From Octopus vulgaris (taxonomy: Eukaryota): a stretch of 64,000 nucleotides of DNA. Of this stretch, positions 1 to 13,338 are shown piece by piece; the stretch's first letter is position 1, and every line of letters begins with the position of its first letter. A program made the position numbers and the translations under genes. The stretch spans positions 11,656,001 through 11,720,000 of the forward strand of contig OX597819.1 of NCBI GenBank assembly GCA_951406725.2, written 5' to 3'. Under the pieces are notes generated by a model that saw only the letters and a program-made list of their open reading frames with translations, made no database searches and was not told where the DNA came from.

Positions 1-429
1 AGCAACAGCAAATTCAGGAGTTCTTTTCTTATCAGAACACTCAGAATGAGTTTTTGGGGCTGCTGTACCTTCGTAATCACCTTTAGACTCATCCAACTCT
101 TTCCTACACATATATGTATAAATACATGCATATATAGATAGATGTAAAACTATATATATAGATGTAAAACTAGAACATAAACAAATAAAAACGTGGAAAA
201 CGAATATTTTTTTCGAACAACGAAAGAAACAAATAGGGAAACGAGGCAGGCAACATAAAGAACATTCCCTTCGTCAGTTGTCCCCTATGTTATCTACTCC
301 GCGTTACGAAGGTTGGGACAAGACGCGACTTCGTTAAAACAGTCGTTCCCGCAAAGCAAATTAAATAAAATTTGGGATTTTTGCGGAGGGTTAAAAACAT
401 AGATAACTAGACAGATACATACATACATT

Positions 430-676
<247 letters not shown>

Positions 677-970
677 GCATATCCTGTACAGTATTATATT
701 ATATATATTGTATTATATATATATTCTTTGCAATATCTTGCTATTATATACCAACAATTACAACAGGAAACATATTGTGCTGTATTATTACACGTATTTT
801 CTTTCTTTCTTTCTCTCTCTCTTTCTCCCTCTTTCTCTCTTTCTCCTTCTTTCTCTCTCACCACCACCACCACCACTACAACTGTTTCCACTTTAATTGA
901 GGTAAGAACGAAATCTACAAAATATAACAACAATGTACGAATTTATATATATATATATATAATATTATAT

Positions 971-1091
<121 letters not shown>

Positions 1092-1605
1092 CATTCGACA
1101 GCTCGTGAATGAATTGTTCCCATAATTCTTTATCTTTTTTCAGACTGTCTTTTTGTGCAAAGTGTCAGAAGAGCGCAACGAAATATAAAAGAAAGACCGG
1201 AAGCGTTAGTCGATGTTTTGTTCGATTTCTCGTGTAAAAGTAATCAAACAAGTTGAAGCGTTCACATTCTCATTGCATCGGACTGTGATTGTGATTGTAC
1301 TACAGAGCACAATCTGTTTCAATGGCGATCGTTTCCTGTCCCACAGTTGAATTCATAGTATTAGAGGTGACAGAGTTGCGGGGGCGCATTGTGCATGTGC
1401 ACTAGCGAGATAATCGCAATGTCTGTCTTCGACGTTTACGTGTTCAGATCTTTAATTCGAATGGATGAGTATACGCATACACATATGTGTGTCCGTGTGC
1501 GTATATAAATATACGTTATGTTTGTGTATTAATATATGTATATACATATATACATACATACTCACATATTTTTGCTTCTACGTACATAAACGTGAGTATA
1601 TATAT

Positions 1606-1832
1606 ATTTCTTTACTACCCACAAGGGGCTAAACACAGAGGGGAGAAACAAGGACAGACAAAGGGATTAAGTCGATTCCATTGACCCCAGTGCGTAACTG
1701 GTACTTAATTTATCGACCCCGAAAGGATGAAAGCAAAGTCGACCTCGGCGGAATTTGAACTCAGAACGTAACGGCAGACGAAATACGGCTACGCATTTCG
1801 CCCGGCGTGCTAACGTTTCTACCAGCTCGCCT
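1606..1832 (-). mobile_element. SINE family B (head GGCGAGCTGG..., Nin/Deu-like central domain)
   Basis: Minus strand reads GGCGAGCTGGTAGAAACGTTAGCACGCCGGG...GAGTTCAAATTCC (B-box-like)...TCATCCTTTCGGGGTCGATAAATTAAGTACCAG; near-identical copies recur about 10 times in the window. Confidence 0.85.
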
Positions 1833-2216
1833 TATATATATAAAGTATATATAAATATAGTATATATAAAAACATGCATACATATACATGAGTATATATA
1901 AATACATGGATACATATAGGTATGTAAGAGAAAGTGTCAGTGAGAGATATGTATGCTTATGTGTGTTCGATTAGAAGTTGTGTTAACCTCATGAAGAGAT
2001 GGTCTCATCCAAGGAAATACTGGTTCAATACCTGGTACTTTCGGAGAATGACTGTATTTTAACGTGTATAAGGAACACACTTTTGTCAAAAATTAGGTTT
2101 AAAAAAATATGGAAGTTTCTTATACTTGGATAGAATTATAATCCCTTACAAAACCTTTTTTCCAAATTTTATACGGTAATTTCCTTAAAATAGTACGTAT
2201 ATATATATATATATAT

Positions 2217-2818
<602 letters not shown>

Positions 2819-2910
2819 ACATTGTTTAGATTCATATGAAAAGAAGAAAAAGAAAATGGAGATTAGGAAGTTGCTAATTGTTTATTATTAACAGCAGATT
2901 AATAATTATC

Positions 2911-2991
2911 CTTTACAGCTGTTTCAATTAATACTCAGTAAATATTAAGTAAATATTAAATTTATATGGCCTGAGCATAGTATCTTCAGAG
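2911..2991 (-). ncRNA. degenerate type I hammerhead-like motif
   Basis: Minus strand CTGAAGA...ATGCTCAG/CTGAGTAT stem...GAAACAGCTGTA; same palindromic ACAGCTGT stem III as 57797-57904; closing pairs of stem II decayed. Confidence 0.5.
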
Positions 2992-3384
2992 CAAAAAATT
3001 ATACCTTTGGATGTTTTATATATGTTTATGGATTCATTATAGCAGACTGAATAATACGGTTTATAATTTATATTGTTGGGGCGAGGGATTTACAGGTTGA
3101 TTGGAGGTGAGATAGAGCAGGTAAAAAGAATTAGGACAAAAAATGAATAAATTAAATAGGGAAGATAGAGAAAATTTAAATATAAATAAGGTAAGTTTAT
3201 GGTTAATAAAAGAATAAAATAATCGTTTATATGGTATGAATAATGTCATGAAGATTTGTATGTATATGCAAGTACGCACGTATACATATATACGCATGCA
3301 TATATGTATCCGTACGTCCATATATATACACAGAGACATATGCATATATCCACACACATACATACATCCACACGTACACACATA

Positions 3385-3611
3385 TATTTCTTTATTACCC
3401 ACAAGAGGCTAAACACAGAGGGGACAAACAATTTTTTTTCTTTAAGTCGATTACATTGACCCCAGTGCATAACTGGTACTTAATTTATCGACCCCGAATG
3501 GATGAAAGGCAAAGTCGACCTCGGCGGAATTTGAACTCAGAACGTAACGGCAGACAAAATACGGCTACGCATTTCGTCCGGCGTGCTAACGTTTCTGCCA
3601 GCTCGCCGCCT
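3385..3611 (-). mobile_element. SINE family B
   Basis: Matches 1606-1832 copy. Confidence 0.85.
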
Positions 3612-3715
3612 TTCACACATATCATACGTACACACATATCCACACATACACGTATATACGTATATATACACATACATGCGCAAATTTATGAATACGCGTG
3701 CACACTCACATATAC

Positions 3716-3779
<64 letters not shown>

Positions 3780-3900
3780 ATGTGTGTATGTGTGTGTGTG
3801 AGTGTTTGTGTGTGTGTCTGTGTCTGTGTGCAGTTCAAATTTACAGAAAGCAGAAGAAGACACAGGTTTATTAGTTTAACGCTCGGGAAGAATAGGAAAG

Positions 3901-3938
3901 TCTTCGACTTTTCGAGCCTCCGCTCTTTGACAGAAAAG
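3901..3938 (-). ncRNA. degenerate minimal hammerhead-like motif (same family as 63708-63745)
   Basis: Minus strand CTGTCAAA-GAGC-GGAG-GCTC-GAAAAGTC; stem II intact, core mutated. Confidence 0.4.
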
Positions 3939-5605
3939 CTTGAGAGAGAGAAAAACGGAGAGAGAGCTTAAAAAAGAACGGTGAGAGGGAACAAAACGTG
4001 TAGAGATTAACGGTTCAATATATCCTTTTCAAATCATGCGAATGGCATGTGTGAGTGTGTGTGTGTGTGTGCGCGCATATGTGTTGAGAGCGAGAGTCAG
4101 TTGAATAATTAGAATGGTTATTGCTTTTTTTAATGGGGTGCTAAGCAAAGATAGCTCTAATGATTTGTCTTTTTAAATGTAGAATCGCGACAAATATCAT
4201 CGTGTCCAGTCACGTGTCTTTTCAAACTATCAACAGACACACAACATTTATTATATGACTATCAGAAGTATTCTTTCGGCTGTTATTGATCTATTATTGC
4301 CTTGAGTAAATAATAAGACCAGTCTTAAAAAGACAAACTTTGATACAAGTTGAACATTAAAAAAAACATTATTGATCCTTTCCTTGCGCAGAAAGAACAG
4401 GGTCGATGATCTCGATGAGGTTATTTAATTCGGTTCCAATAAAAATACTCCATGATTCCCCATCAACTATTTTTCAAACGTTCCTCATGAATATTACTTT
4501 TTTCAAGATCATATTTAAACCCGTCTTTATAGGGCGCTCCTTTGATAAAACAATATCGAAATATTTACTCTATAAAGAATCGTGTTCACTATGGAGTAGA
4601 TGTTTTGAAATTCTTTCATCTTTTTTTTTTATTTTACGAATTAAAGATGACCTACCTATCTTTGTCTGCCACATCACCTGAGATATGTGCTTTACAATAT
4701 TTGATAACTCCAAGACTTAAATGTAACATGGTCACTTTAAGGCAAAATTTGTTGAAGACAACTGAATGCATTACAACAATTTAACATACTTCGAATACAA
4801 TGCCCGTCATTCACAGTTCTACATTAAAAACACAAAATGCATGGCTTTAATGATAAGTTTTTTTTTTCACAACAAACTGCAATGTAAAGCCTATACAACT
4901 TAAAATATCTCTCAAACATAATTAAACTAGTTTTAAGATTGCATACTCTCTGTCACTACTTCACGCATCTACTCCACTATTTTAGTATCATTGCTTTTAT
5001 ACAGTGTTAAGATCATAGCAAAGATTGTAACTTTGCAAAAGATATGATTTCTAAATTTTATTTGCAGTTTAGTCATCAGGTTTTCTCTTCCCATTTAACG
5101 GGCTGTCAAGATATTACAAAATAAGATTTTTCAAAGTTTTACCCCATACCGTGATCTTAGGATACGCAAGAGGCATTCCAGAACCGAGCTGATAAAGAAT
5201 AAATGATTTATCAAGAATTATTTTGAGGTTTAGCATGTTACATGCCAAAGAAATTTTATCTATAAGAGTTTGTAAATCTTTTTCATTGTGTGTGACGATA
5301 CCACAGTCATCAGCGTACCAAGTGGTCTCTTATCAGAGATACTAAAATGTGCGATTTAGAATTAAACAGTTTAGGGTTGAAGAATTTATGCGGTAGCGTA
5401 TATAAGTACCAGAAGTGGTTTAATGAAAAAAGAAAATTCTTTTGTGGTAAAATATGGCGAATGGAACAAGTGTAGCATATTTGGTATGTTGAGACGAAGT
5501 AATTATATAATGTCTTACTTTACGTCAAAAGAAAAGAAAAATGCTGAAGTTCGCCGGAAGCAGAACAATGAATGAAATGAGAAATAAAGAAAGCTTTTAA
5601 CAATG

Positions 5606-5861
5606 CAGAAAGATTTTTTTAAAGAAAAACTCTATATTTCGGGTGCAAAGGACCATCTTCAGAAGGGTTCAGTCAAAGAAATGTGTATTTACAAAGCTCC
5701 TGTCATTTTAGATAGTCCGGCTGCTGTTGCTGCTTACCCAAACACCGGGTTCTCCAAAATGGCAGGATTTATGTAAATACTCATTTCTTTGATTATATTC
5801 TTCTGAAGATAGTCTTTTGTGCCCGAATTACAAAGCTTTTTTTTTAAAAAAAAGCTCTCTG
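5606..5861. mobile_element. fold-back MITE-like element with ~100-bp imperfect inverted arms
   Basis: TTCGGGTGCAAAGGACCATCTTCAGAAG...ATTTTAGA matches the reverse complement of TCCAAAATGGCAGG...CTTCTGAAGATAGTCTTTTGTGCCCGAA. Confidence 0.7.
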
Positions 5862-5934
5862 TTAGAAACTTTCTTATTTCTTATTTTATTCATCTTTCTA
5901 CTTCGATTCGCGACAATATATATACTCACATAAC

Positions 5935-6335
5935 AGGATGGCTGTGTGGTAAGTAGCTTGCTTACCAACCACATGGTTCCGGGTTCAGTCCCACTGCGTG
6001 GCACCTTGGGCAAGTGTTTTCTACTATAGCCTCGGCCCGACCAATGCCTTGTGAGTGGATTTGGTAGACGGAAACTGAAAGAAGCCTGTCGTATATATGT
6101 ATATATATATATGTATGTGTGTGTGTATGTTTGTGTGTCTGTGGTTGTCCCCCTAGCGTTGCTTGACAACCAATGCTGGTGTGTTTACGTCCCCGTCACT
6201 TAGCGGTTCGGCAAAAGAGACCGATAGAATAAGTACTGGGCTTACAAAGAATAAGTCCCGGGGTCGATTTGCTCGACTAAAGGCGGTGCTCCAGCATGGC
6301 CGCAGTCAAATGACTGAAACAAGTAAAAGAGTAAA
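5935..6335 (+). mobile_element. SINE family A (tRNA-like head, internal TA/TG microsatellite, 3' module ending GAAACAAGTAAAAGAG)
   Basis: TGGCTGTGTGGTAAG A-box-like and GGTTCAGTCCC B-box-like motifs; about 20 copies in the window. Confidence 0.88.
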
Positions 6336-6409
6336 AAAAAATACGTGCTGAGATCGATTCGTTCCATGAAAACCCTACAAGGCGGTGCCTCAGCATGGCT
6401 ACAGTCCAG

Positions 6410-6462
<53 letters not shown>

Positions 6463-6466
<4 letters not shown>

Positions 6467-6855
6467 GAAATATTAAAATTACTAAGTCTCTCTAAAAGAG
6501 AACAGCGGCAGCGTTCCCGGAAAATAATAGTTATCGCCATACTAATATGGCATTCTTATAAAAATAAGAATAAAGCTGTCCGCTTATTAGCTCCATGAGG
6601 CCATCGCCTTAAGTTAGCTATTTGATACACAAACTGTATCCATATAACCTTCGAACAAGGGAGGTCAGTCGCTCCACACTACTTGACCGGCAGCTACAGA
6701 CGCGTTTCGGGGTATTGTATCCATATAACCTTGTTCGAAGGTTATATGGATACAGTTTGTGTATCAAATAGCTAACTTAAGGCGATGGCCTCATGGAGCT
6801 AATAAGCGGACAGCTTTATTCTTATTTTTATAAGAATGCCATATTAGTATGGCGA

Positions 6856-6862
<7 letters not shown>
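6463..6862. mobile_element. (TA)n-flanked element with 134-bp inverted duplication and a hammerhead 3' half (Penelope pLTR-like)
   Basis: 6527-6660 is the reverse complement of 6729-6862; minus strand CCCCGAAACGCGTCTGTAG at 6694-6712; (TA)n on both sides. Confidence 0.65.
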
Positions 6863-6894
<32 letters not shown>

Positions 6895-7123
6895 AATCAA
6901 AGTTTCGTTGCTGCAGCTGTGCAACTCCATTCAGACGCACACATCAGAGTGAAGAGGATTAAAGAACGTATCCACGAGATAATAACTGATGGGAAGCTTC
7001 ATTGTTCAGTTCAGGTCACGTGGCTATTTTGATAAAAGGTGTTAGAGGAAACAATCTCGAGGTTGGTGCCAGGTGGCTTGTAAGAATTTGGGGACTAAGT
7101 TGCGTTAGAGATATACATGTATA

Positions 7124-7488
7124 GGCGCAGGAGTGGCTGTGTGGTAAGTAACTTGCTTACCAACCACAATGTTCCAGGTTCAGTCCCACTGCGTGGGTCC
7201 TTGCAAGTGTCTTCTACTATAGTCTCGGGCCTACCAAAGCCTTGTGAGTGGATTTGGTAGACGGATTCTGAAAGAAGCACGTCGTATATATGTATATATA
7301 TCTATAGGCGTAGGAGTGGCTGTGTGGTAAATAGCTTACTTACCTACCATATGGTTTCGGGTTCAGTCCCACTGAGTGGCACCTTGTGCAAGTGTCTTCT
7401 ACTACAGCCGCTGGCAGACCAAATCCTTGTGTATATGTTTGGTAGACGGAAACTGAAAGAAGCCCGTCGTGTCAAAATGTGTATGTGT

Positions 7489-7519
<31 letters not shown>

Positions 7520-7725
7520 CTTGTGTGTCTGCGTTTCCCCTCCCCCACATCATCGCTTGACAACCGATGCTGGTGTGTTTGCGTCCCCGTAACTTAGCGG
7601 TTCGGCAAAAGAGACCGATAGAATAAGTACTGGGCTTACAAAGAATAAGTCCTGGGGTCGATTTGCTCGACTAAAGGCGGTGCTCCAGCATGGCCACAGT
7701 CAAATGACAAACAAAAGAATAAAAA
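7124..7725 (+). mobile_element. SINE family A, truncated copy followed by full copy
   Basis: Two GGCG[CT]AGGAGTGGCTGTGTGG heads at 7124 and 7307; one 3' module. Confidence 0.85.
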
Positions 7726-8960
7726 AAAGTATGTGTGTGCATATACACATACATATATACATACGTACTAATATGTATGCATACATGCATGCATATATAT
7801 ATATACCTGCATGTATACGAGATCTGTCCCCCAAAATTGACCAGATTTTAAGTTTACTTTTCTTATTTTATTTATTTCTTTACTCTGGAGCCATGACCTT
7901 TTGCAGGCGGTCACGACTGAGATGTGGCAGGACAAGTTTAAGATTATGGCTTCACTCACCTGTCTAACGGATTCTGATGGATTAGGATTGAAGCGCAGCT
8001 GTTGACAGATATAGTTTAGAACTGGCGGAGGGCCGACCATTCCAGTTAGCTTCAAATGTTTCAGGGTTTGGGAGTTGAGGCGGTGATGGGGTGAGTAAAT
8101 AACCTGACTTTCTATCAATTATGAAAATATCATTCCTTTACGATATATGATCTTTTCGTATCACATATGTTCCGCTGTTCTTGTTCTAGATGTTTCTCCT
8201 CTCATTAAAACCTCCTCGATATTCTGACATTTAGAAACATCCAAGTTTCTCATATATAAGACCTTCTGCAAATACATGAGATTTTATACATAGAGTTCTT
8301 AAGTTCTTAAGTTCTAACCAATCTTCAGTCGCTTTTACTTTCATGGGAAACCTTCAAGGTATGATATTGCATTTCTGATATTTTATGTCAGATTCCCTGA
8401 ATATTTCTAAACAATTCCTTGTGCTAAGAGACCAGAATTTTGTTTGACCTTTACTTTGTACTTAAAGGTGTTTGTGGCTTTTATGTGGGGTATTTAGTTG
8501 GGTATTTCTTATTCAGAAACATATTCCTCAGATAATTCATTTCTTTTGTATAAACCGATACATTGGTGTGTGTTATGCCCAACGTTGTTGGTTTTTGGCA
8601 ATACCTGCCTTAAAATGGTTATGGGAGGTGAAACTCGTTCATAGTTTGAATCCAGTGGCAAGGAATCTTCAATTCACAGACGTTCTGATTCCCTCCAAAC
8701 GATTGCCACTTAATTCTGTAAAGACGATGAAAGTTATAGTTTAAGTGGAAGCCACTGGTGGTAAGCTTTAGATACACTACTCTTAGGTTTTCTTTTCGCC
8801 AACTATAAAAACCTATCGGTCGATTGTTGCTTCCGGTGAGCATCATGATTGATAGACAACTACAGTGGACACTTAGAACAATCAAAGATATATATCAAAT
8901 AATTGTTGAAGACCCAAACAAGGCTTAATGATATGTAAGTTTAAATATATCACAATGTTC

Positions 8961-9107
8961 GATGAAAATGTTTGATGAAAATGTTTCATGAAGCATTTAT
9001 CATCAAACATTTTCATCAAACATTTTCATTAAACATTTTCATCAAACATTTTCATCAAACATTTCCATCAAATATTGTCATCAGACATTTTCATCAAACA
9101 TTTTCAT
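8961..9107. repeat. 13-bp minisatellite (CATCAAACATTTT)n preceded by two inverted units
   Basis: GATGAAAATGTTT x2, then about 8 imperfect CATCAAACATTTT units. Confidence 0.85.
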
Positions 9108-9412
9108 GATTTTATAACTACAAATTAAAGAAATTATTAAAAACGATTTATTTCTCTTGTAGACACACGGTATCTCGTTATGCAACTATAATATGCTACA
9201 AAATATATTAAACATTTCTATAAGACAAAACTGTACTACTGTGTTAGCAGTGCACTTAAATCACTTGTTTAGGTCATCGCTACAAATTTTCTACAGAGTT
9301 TTTTGTAGATTTTCAATGGAAAATCTGTAGAGATGACCTTAACACGTGATTTATTTCAAGTCTTTCAAAGTTCTAAATCCTTATGACGTAAATAAATGTA
9401 ATATTTAATATA

Positions 9413-9990
9413 CACAGACATGCAGGAAGTAAATAGACACCTTTAATTTTCTAAATCTTTTATTTGATATTAATTGGTTGAAGGAGAAGTTTTCTTCTAG
9501 TTGCTCGTCCATAATACCCAAGCTAATGCAGATATGTAACACACGTTTCTGGACTAACTTTTAGCTGTTTTGAAATGTTAGAAGCTTTCGAACGGGGTTC
9601 GTTTTCCATAATTCTCTTCAAACAGTGAAGCTTCCTTTCCGAGAGCCCAGGTCGGCCGGAACGAGAATCTGTTGATTCTTTTCCTTGACTTTTAAATTGC
9701 ACTATAATTCTATTAACAGTAGCAAGAGGAATTTGAAGATTTTCGGCAATTTTTCTCTGGCTAAGACCAGCCTCAGATTGCCCAACAATACGATCTCTTT
9801 GAAAATCTGACAGTTCTGCTGAATTTTTTGTGCGTGGCACGGTTACTCTTCGTAAATGTTTAATATAATGGCACCTGGAATGAAAAGGAATAATTACATG
9901 GTAAATTCTACACTGCTGAAAACATATTAAGATGACTAGATCAGAAATTTTGAAAATTAAAGGTGACTATTTACTTCCTGCATGTCTGTG
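9413..9990 (-). mobile_element. internally deleted Tc1-like DNA transposon
   Basis: TIRs CACAGACATGCAGGAAGTAAATAGACACCTTTAATTTTC / GAAAATTAAAGGTGACTATTTACTTCCTGCATGTCTGTG; TA on both sides (9411-9412, 9991-9992). Confidence 0.9.
9523..9840 (-). pseudogene. Tc1/Tc3-type transposase N-terminal HTH fragment (no DDE domain)
   Basis: [12 protein letters not shown]...[22 protein letters not shown]...RSGRP fits paired-like HTH plus GRPR-like linker; starts at GTG; truncated. Confidence 0.85.
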
Positions 9991-10584
9991 TACATTCCTC
10001 ATTGGCCGAATGGATAAAAGTGAAACTGTAATTAGTTATACTAAGAACTTATAGATCCAGTTCGTATCAAGTCTAGTGACATGTGCATATGATGATGGTC
10101 AGACATCGAAACGTTGTATAGACGAAAACACAACGATTAGCGTTTCATCTGTACAGTTGATGATAATAGTCCAATAAGCAATAGCTATATCAACAAGAAT
10201 TCATCTTTGCCATTCAGACATTTTATGTTTGCAGTAATACTTCATGACAAAATGATAACAGCCATTAGGATAATAGCATTTAGACGGTTATAGACTGTGT
10301 CTACACGACATCGACTAAATACAGAACTAGTGGCAAGTTCTGTAACTGATAATCTTACATATAAATTTTCCAGTATACTCACTTAAGGTAGTTTTGAATT
10401 AAAATACAATTGCGTAAACTGGATTTTGATTTCGCCGGGCGGCTATTCGCAGCATCAGTGCTAGTTTGACTCACTTATGCGTCATTGAAGAAGCCCAAAA
10501 ACGATGAAAAGCATCTGGTGCTTTCGTTGGTTGCGATAAATTTTCGCATCCCTCTGATATTTATTGTATTTTTTAATATATATA

Positions 10585-10997
10585 TTTCTTTATTATCCAC
10601 AAGGGGCTAAACATGGAGAGGACAAACAAGGGCGGACAAAGGGATTAAATCGATTACATCCACCCCAGTGCGTTACTGGTACTTAATTTGTCGACCCCGA
10701 AAGGATGAAAGGCAAAGTCGACCTCGGCAGAATTTGAACTCACAACGTAACGGCAGACGAAATACCTATTTCTTTATTACCCACAAGGGGCTAAACACAG
10801 AGGGGACAAACAAGAACAGACATAGGTATTAAGTCGATTACATCGACCCCAGTGCGTATCTGGTACTTAATTTATCGACCCCGAAAGGATGAAAGGCAAA
10901 GTCAACCTCGGCGGAATTTGAACTCACAACGTAACGGCAGACGAACTACCGCTAAGCATTTCGCCCGACGTGCTAACGTTTCTCCCAGCTCGCCGCC
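10585..10997 (-). mobile_element. SINE family B, tandem dimer
   Basis: Two ~190-bp bodies joined at GAAATACC|TATTTC; one head at 10997. Confidence 0.88.
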
Positions 10998-11001
10998 TGT
11001 G

Positions 11002-11105
11002 AAAATATGGAACGCTTCACGAATTTGCGTGTCATCCTTGCGTAGGGGGCCATGCTAATCCTCTCTGTATCGTTCCAATTTTAGTATATGTACTGCCGAA
11101 AGCAC
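11002..11105 (-). pseudogene. U6: U6 snRNA copy, near full length, probably a retro-pseudogene
   Basis: Minus strand GTGCTTTCGGCAGTACATATACTAAAATTGGAACGATACAGAGAGGATTAGCATGGCCCCCTACGCAAGGATGACACGCAAATTCGTGAAGCGTTCCATATTTT; versus canonical metazoan U6: short 5' stem deletion, A>G after ACAGAGA, extra C and G>A in the ISL; no TATA box at about -30. Confidence 0.92.
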
Positions 11106-11779
11106 GTCCATACGTCCATAAAAGACAGGACAAATACCGCAGTAACTGGCCGATCGACTGCGTATATACATAAAGTATGATACATAGATGGCCATGTAAT
11201 TTACCTCCATTTTTGGTTCGTTTTCAAGACGTTCCAACAGTCTTTTACCATAAACACTGAACAGGCAGGGGTGCCTGTGTGACTCCTTGTAATGTGCTTT
11301 TTTTTTCCTGAAAATCGTGTTTTCATTTTTACCCTACGATTGGCATGAGAACTATCTGTTATCACCGGCAAAAACTATATATACGAGTGTGAATCGCTTT
11401 ATTCTCTAGTTGTGTGAAAAATAAATATTGATATTGATATACATATATATATATGGATGCTAGACGCACATGTACAGACACACACACACATACATAGATA
11501 CATACATATATATATATATATATAGTATTTGTGTGTGCGTGAGAGAAAGTATGTGTGTGTGTATATATATGTATGTGTGTGTGTGTATACATAATATGTA
11601 AAGATATTAAACATACATAAACTTGTAGTGAATAGGAAATACCTGAATGCCTACCTCTACCCGAAGTTGGTGGGGGTCGTTAGAGGGGTGAGGGAGTGCA
11701 CTGCAGAATGAACGTTTATTTATTCATCTAACTTTGCGGTCTATCAGTCTGTCTGTTTGTCTACCTATACACACACAGG

Positions 11780-11990
<211 letters not shown>

Positions 11991-12351
11991 ACAAACACAC
12001 GCACGTACACGTAAACACACTCAAGCGTGTGTTTGCGTGTTTGCATGTGTATGATCTTTCTTTTTCTCTCTTTCTCTCTCCCTCTCTTTCTCTCTCCATC
12101 TATCTATTTCTCCCCCTCACTCTCACGCTCTCTCCCTCTCTCTCTCTCTATCTATCTATTTATCGTCCCTCTCTCATTCTTTCTTACTGTATCACCCTCT
12201 CTCCTTCCTCTCTCTCTCTCTCTCTTGGTATATATCTGTCTTTCTTTTTCTTTCTCACTTACTCTTTCTCTTTCTTTCTCTTCAATCTCGCTCCCTTTCT
12301 CCTTCTCGCTCCATTCCTCTCCCTCTCTTTCTCTCCCTCTCTTTCTCCCCC

Positions 12352-12401
<50 letters not shown>

Positions 12402-12986
12402 TTACCTATTCTCCAGCCTATCTCCCAAAGTTCCTACCTCGTCTCCTATGATAAACGCACATACCTACTCTCACCACCACCACCACCACCACCACCACCA
12501 CCTCCACCACCACCACCACCGCCACCTATCTATCTACCTATCTGTCTATCCACCTATCTGCTGATGTTGCCATGTGTTATCCTACCCCCCACTAACATCA
12601 AAGACATATCTAAACCTTCGCTCACCGCTTATTACATCCTCACCAACACCCATCAGGACAGTTATTTTTTAACACCCTGCGTGTGTGCGTGTATATACAT
12701 ATATATGTATGTATGCATGTATGTATATCTATATATATGCATATATATGTATATATATATATATATATATACATACGTACATATATATATATATATACAT
12801 ATATATGCGTTTATATACACAGGCACGTGTACAGTCACATATATATCTATACACACACGTATGCATTCATACAGACATACAGACAGACAGATACATACTT
12901 ATGTACATACATACATACATACATACATACATACATACATACATACATACATTAGATTAAATTAGTGATAGATAGATAGATAGATC

Positions 12987-13062
<76 letters not shown>

Positions 13063-13236
13063 CATTCATACATACATACATTCATACATACATACATTCA
13101 TACATACATACATTCATACATACATACATTCATACATATAGACATGCATATATACATACAATCATACATGTATACATACGTGCAAGCGTGTGTAATACGC
13201 GTTTTTCTGGATATGTGTGAGAGTATACATGCATGA

Positions 13237-13338
<102 letters not shown>

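Noticed and set aside
268-325. Permuted hammerhead-like motif on the minus strand (CGTAACGCGGAGTA...CTGACGAAGG)
   Set aside because: GAAA is mutated and stem I does not pair; too weak to call
5828-6351. Recurrent peptides such as RQASFSFRLPNPLTR and [12 protein letters not shown]
   Set aside because: Incidental translations of SINE family A, repeated at many loci with frameshifts
12027-12965. 312-aa ORF with a poly-Pro run
   Set aside because: Composed of CT, CTAT, CCA and TA repeats
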